A stretch of DNA of 63,172 nt, the filler included, from Perkinsus olseni (taxonomy: Eukaryota), in NCBI GenBank assembly GCA_013115125.1. It is 6 parts of 6 records of this genome, joined end to end, with 100 filler letters (N's around TTAATTAATTAA, not from the genome) between each part and the next. Parts side by side here need not be neighbours in the genome. Positions count along the whole stretch, not along the records: positions 52,766 to 63,172 come from JABANN010000878.1; 5 more parts are not named here. One strand, written 5' to 3'. A program made the position numbers and the translations under genes. Under the pieces are notes generated by a model. That model made no database searches, was not told the DNA's origin, and was given only the letters and a program-made list of their open reading frames with translations. Positions 59,401 through 63,172 of the stretch are shown here, one piece after another (positions within the stretch are counted from its first letter, which is position 1; each line of letters opens with the position of its first letter).

Positions 59401-62400
59401 CCTGCTGCTTGTAAGCTGCTTCTATCCATCCTATGCAACTAGAGCTGATTCAGGTCCCAGCCGAGTGGTCGTCTCCTAGCTGGGGTGGGGCGGTACGGTG
59501 GATATCTGTGGGAGCTCGTCGATGGGGAGGAGGAGGCTATGCCCAGGCTTGGCCTCATGCCGGATGCTCATCCTGGTGGCTTCCTATCCAGGGCCTTCAG
59601 ATTGTTGATCGTCGTCTTGTAGTTCAAATGGTTTGGTCGCCGAGTGGGAGGTTCCTGATCGTTGGATACAACAATGGCCGTGTCTGGCTGGTGAGGTCTC
59701 GGGTTCAATCCCAAGTTGGAGTATTTTTAGAGCAGGTTCCCAAGGACTCATCATTAACTACCTACATTGAGGTGGCCTGTGGTGACGCTATGAGAGGACC
59801 AATAGCAGCAGCGCGATTGTCCGCTGATGATCGATGTTTAGTAGTAGCTTCTCGAGATGGCTCCTTCAGTATACATACTTTGCAAAGGGACAAGGTAGAA
59901 AAGGAGGAACCAGGGATCGAACCAGAGACTATTCGATTGCGAGCAGATCTTCGAGGCCAGCAGGCTATTGGTGGCTCAACAAAGGGAGGGGAAGAGTGGT
60001 ATCGTCGTTGACATGTTCCCGACGCCCGACTGCAGCCTGCGATGCGGTAGTAGTTCACTAACCCTGCGAGCGTCCGCGAAAGTGACCTGTAGACCTACCA
60101 CCAGTGGACAACAGTTGCTGGGAAGTATTAGCTGACAAGGCCGAAGTGCCGGAAGGAATGAAGGTCCGCTTTGCTGCATCCTTGAAATGATATGCTCGGG
60201 ACTTTACCAGGTCATCACAACACGGAGCCACTACTCTGTCGAGGAAGAGAAACTGAAGGCCGAGGAGGAGAAGGCACATGCTGTAGCAGAGGGGCACAAG
60301 GAGGATGTAAGCAGTCACTCGGTGTGGTGGTTAAGGTCCAGATTTCGAATTATAGTAGTCCCGGTTCGATTCCTAGAGCCTCGGCTTTTCTACATAATTT
60401 CTTCGTCAGGTACGGAAGGAAGTGGCGATGCTGAGGCAGCAGTTGGAGGGTATAAGGTCAGCCTTCCACAAGGAGGTGATCATCATCATCTTGGCTCTAC
60501 TTCGCCACCTAACGACTACAGGTTGAAGAAGCCAGCCTACAGCCATTAACTGTCAAGGAGGCTGCGACCTTATTTACAGTTGATGATGAGTATGTGCAGT
60601 CACTGCGTCATCAAATAGATAGCACTGTCGAGGAGGTACGGTCCCACTTGTCCCTTCTGAGACGTTACGACATTCGAGAGTAGGTGAATATCGAAATGGC
60701 TTACGATGTAGAGAAGAGCAAGTTGGGGGTATCTAAGGTTGAAGATCACTTCCTACGGGATGTAGATTGCGAGGCAATCCAGGTCCAGTCCTTCGATCGG
60801 TCTGCATCACCAGTTGGTGGGTTTGATACTTTACAGTAGAGGGCTGCTAGGAGTACTGGTAGGTACCTTCCGTGTCCAGACTTTACCGGAGCACTTTCAT
60901 GAGGAATTGGCGAGACTGAAGGGTCTGCTGGAGCGTTCGGGTAGTAGGAAAGGGTTCACCTATCAGGACTTGAGGTGTTCATAGGGACCACTGGATTACG
61001 GTCAAGGAGGAGGCAAGAAGAGAACAAACCCCCTGGGGCAGCTTCTAGTGGAGATGGCATGAGTGAGTCAGAGAGACCATGGGAAGGAGGGTAGACCCGT
61101 GGTGTAGTTGTGAGCTTGGGAGACCCTGCAGATGGGCAGCAGAGGACACTGACTACAGCGCTGAAGAGGGAGATGAGGAGGGCCAAGCGAGAGCATCGGA
61201 GGAGGCAACTGGAAGAGCTGAAGAATGCCAAGCCTGACGGCAGTATTGATGATGAAAAGGATGTGATGGCTGCTGCACTTCGAAGAACGGAGGGTTTCAG
61301 TACGGGTTTAGGTGGAGGCTATAAAGAGGGCGGAGGCTGGTATGGGTCATTACGTCCTTAGATCCAGTCCAAACTATCAGTTACGTGATAGTGAAAGGTG
61401 ATAATCATCGTCATCACTGCAGTGTTGGTGATGTCGACGGATGTGATGGCATCAGGATGAACACTGATATTAAAAGGAGGCAGATGCTGTTGCTAGAGAA
61501 AGCCTTGCATACCATTCAGTCTGATTTCAATACCGAGGTCAGGCAGCAGAGAGAAAAGGGAGAGATCACTAGTAGTAGCGCAAGGTACTGGAGTTGAGGG
61601 CTCAGAGAAGGAGACTACGGGTGCAGTTCATCGAGGACCTCACCAGGCTGAAGGATATCAGCTCCATACTCAACAGGGAGGAGGATGCCGCCCTTGGTCA
61701 TGCACTAGAGTAAGCCATCGACGTTCGGATTATCACGGCTATCCGGGGCATCTTCTCAGATCAATGTTCCTCAATCAGTGTCGCCTTGCTAGTGTGCCAC
61801 AGCAGCCATCAGATGGGAGTTATACGGCAGTCTTGGAGACGATCATTCAAGCCCTTCGGAAGGACCTGCCAGAGGAATACCCGGACGGCCGATATAATCT
61901 GGTGAGAGCAGAGCGGCTACCGTACTCCGATCGCAGTCGGGCAGGTCACCGAAGGAAGGGCTAGTACGCTGCTTCCCGAACCCCCAAGGGAGCAGGTAAG
62001 AGCAGTGGAGCGGTGCTGATGCTGATCAATGGCCCAGGTATCAGACCTCATACTTGGTGATGATGGGCTGCCCTCAGCGGCTGTCAATCGAAACCAAGCT
62101 AGAAGTAATATCCTGTTGAGCTCGGCGCCTAGGGAACCTCTTTCAGGCTTACTAGAGGACCGTAGCGAGAGTGGAAGAGTGAGAGAGCAGTTGGTGTAGG
62201 ATGATCACATTCCCCTTCTTACTGACACCTCTAGCTATTTCATGCAGCAGGTCCGCACAGAAGGATATATTCTTGAGGGTGAAGTGTGCTGCTGATGCGT
62301 TCAACAAGCGAGTGGCTGCGTTGAGCAATGAGAAGTCTAAGTTGCATGCGGACCTCAAGATGGCGCAAATAAGTCTTATCACATTGTAACGAGAAGGTTG

Positions 62401-63100
62401 CTGCTACTTTCTGGGCCTATCGCTGACTCTCGCTAGGTACGAAGAGCTAGTGCTGCTCAGCAACCTCGAGGAGGCTGATGCTGCATTGTACGCTAAATTG
62501 GATAAGTCCGTCGACGAGATGACGGTGGTGATGCGGTCTATCGAGGAGTGCCAGAAGTCGCTCCTGGACAAGAGGACTGAGATCGATACCTGGCAGGTCG
62601 GAACGCTTCTAGCGCTTACCGAGTCCCTGAGATATGTCAATGATTCAGACAGAGGAGTCCAGACTGCAATCGGAGTTCAGTAGTATCATCAATGACAATC
62701 CGGGAGCAGATCAGTTCTCGGGTGATCTGATGAAGATCTACCGGCGGAAGGTTAAGAGTAAGGGATGGACGAAGGAGGCCTGATGTAGTGTCGATGTTCA
62801 GGGCCGAAGAAAAGGGAGGGAGGGGGAGATGACGATGATGATGAAAGCTTCGATACCGACCTCGATTCCGACAGGTAGCTCTCGTGACGATGACCGTCCT
62901 CTCGAGAGGCGCGGACTGCGGCTGTCCTCTTCTTGGGCGCCTTTGGAAATACTCAACGTGGATTCTTCCTTTCTACCCTGCATCTTGCCCTGGATATCGA
63001 CTATTCCTTGCAGTGATGTTGACAGTAATGCTGAAGAGATCGAAGAACCTGAGGAGGACGTCTGCCCTCCTGGCTGCGATCAGGCGGTCTTCAAAGCGGT
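56425..63100 (+). CDS. CFAP44: Multi-exon WD40/coiled-coil flagellar protein CFAP44 (WDR52); start approximate, 3' end truncated
   Basis: PDYLLSIWDW...KAFGQEV, FWKMAKTFTGLKLQGDIGKFG...LPDGKVVTG, LLLWEG, YSVEEEKLK, ADLKMAQISLITL. Confidence 0.9.
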
Positions 63101-63102
63101 GA

Positions 63103-63103
63103 G

Positions 63104-63171
<68 letters not shown>

Positions 63172-63172
63172 G
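63103..63172. repeat. (GTT)n microsatellite at the contig end
   Basis: Perfect trinucleotide run. Confidence 0.95.

Noticed and set aside
63103-63172. (GTT)n as telomere or LINE tail
   Set aside because: Not a telomeric unit, and no LINE sequence is visible before the contig ends.

Overview
Eukaryotic genomic DNA with short GT-AG introns, about 50% GC and a flagellar CFAP44 gene. Gene families and intron size suggest a Perkinsus-like alveolate; this is an inference. The window is not one locus. It is six unlinked contigs in descending size (10465, 10462, 10459, 10447, 10432 and 10407 bp), joined by 100-nt N spacers that carry an artificial TTAATTAATTAA linker. Contig 1: hypothetical genes, a multi-zinc-finger/WW gene, a TA-flanked MITE and a LINE remnant. 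Contig 2: a degenerate tyrosine-recombinase (DIRS/Ngaro-like) retrotransposon, interrupted by a hAT transposon and a full-length LTR retrotransposon, with an apparent internal inversion. Contig 3: two tandem Cys-domain/mucin genes, the second fused in frame to a 5'-truncated RT-RNase H LINE, plus a candidate ~250-nt structured RNA. Contig 4: an LTR retrotransposon nested in a gag-only LTR element, and a foldback-like element carrying a gag/protease fragment. Contig 5: hypothetical, secreted and membrane protein genes. Contig 6: long-chain acyl-CoA synthetase and CFAP44. The most unusual signal is the nested contig-4 element: both LTRs contain a tRNA-type A/B-box (Pol III) promoter at tRNA spacing, have AG...TT ends and carry an ATG in frame with gag. 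An unrelated LTR element in contig 2 also starts gag inside its LTR and shares an exact 14-nt motif with it.
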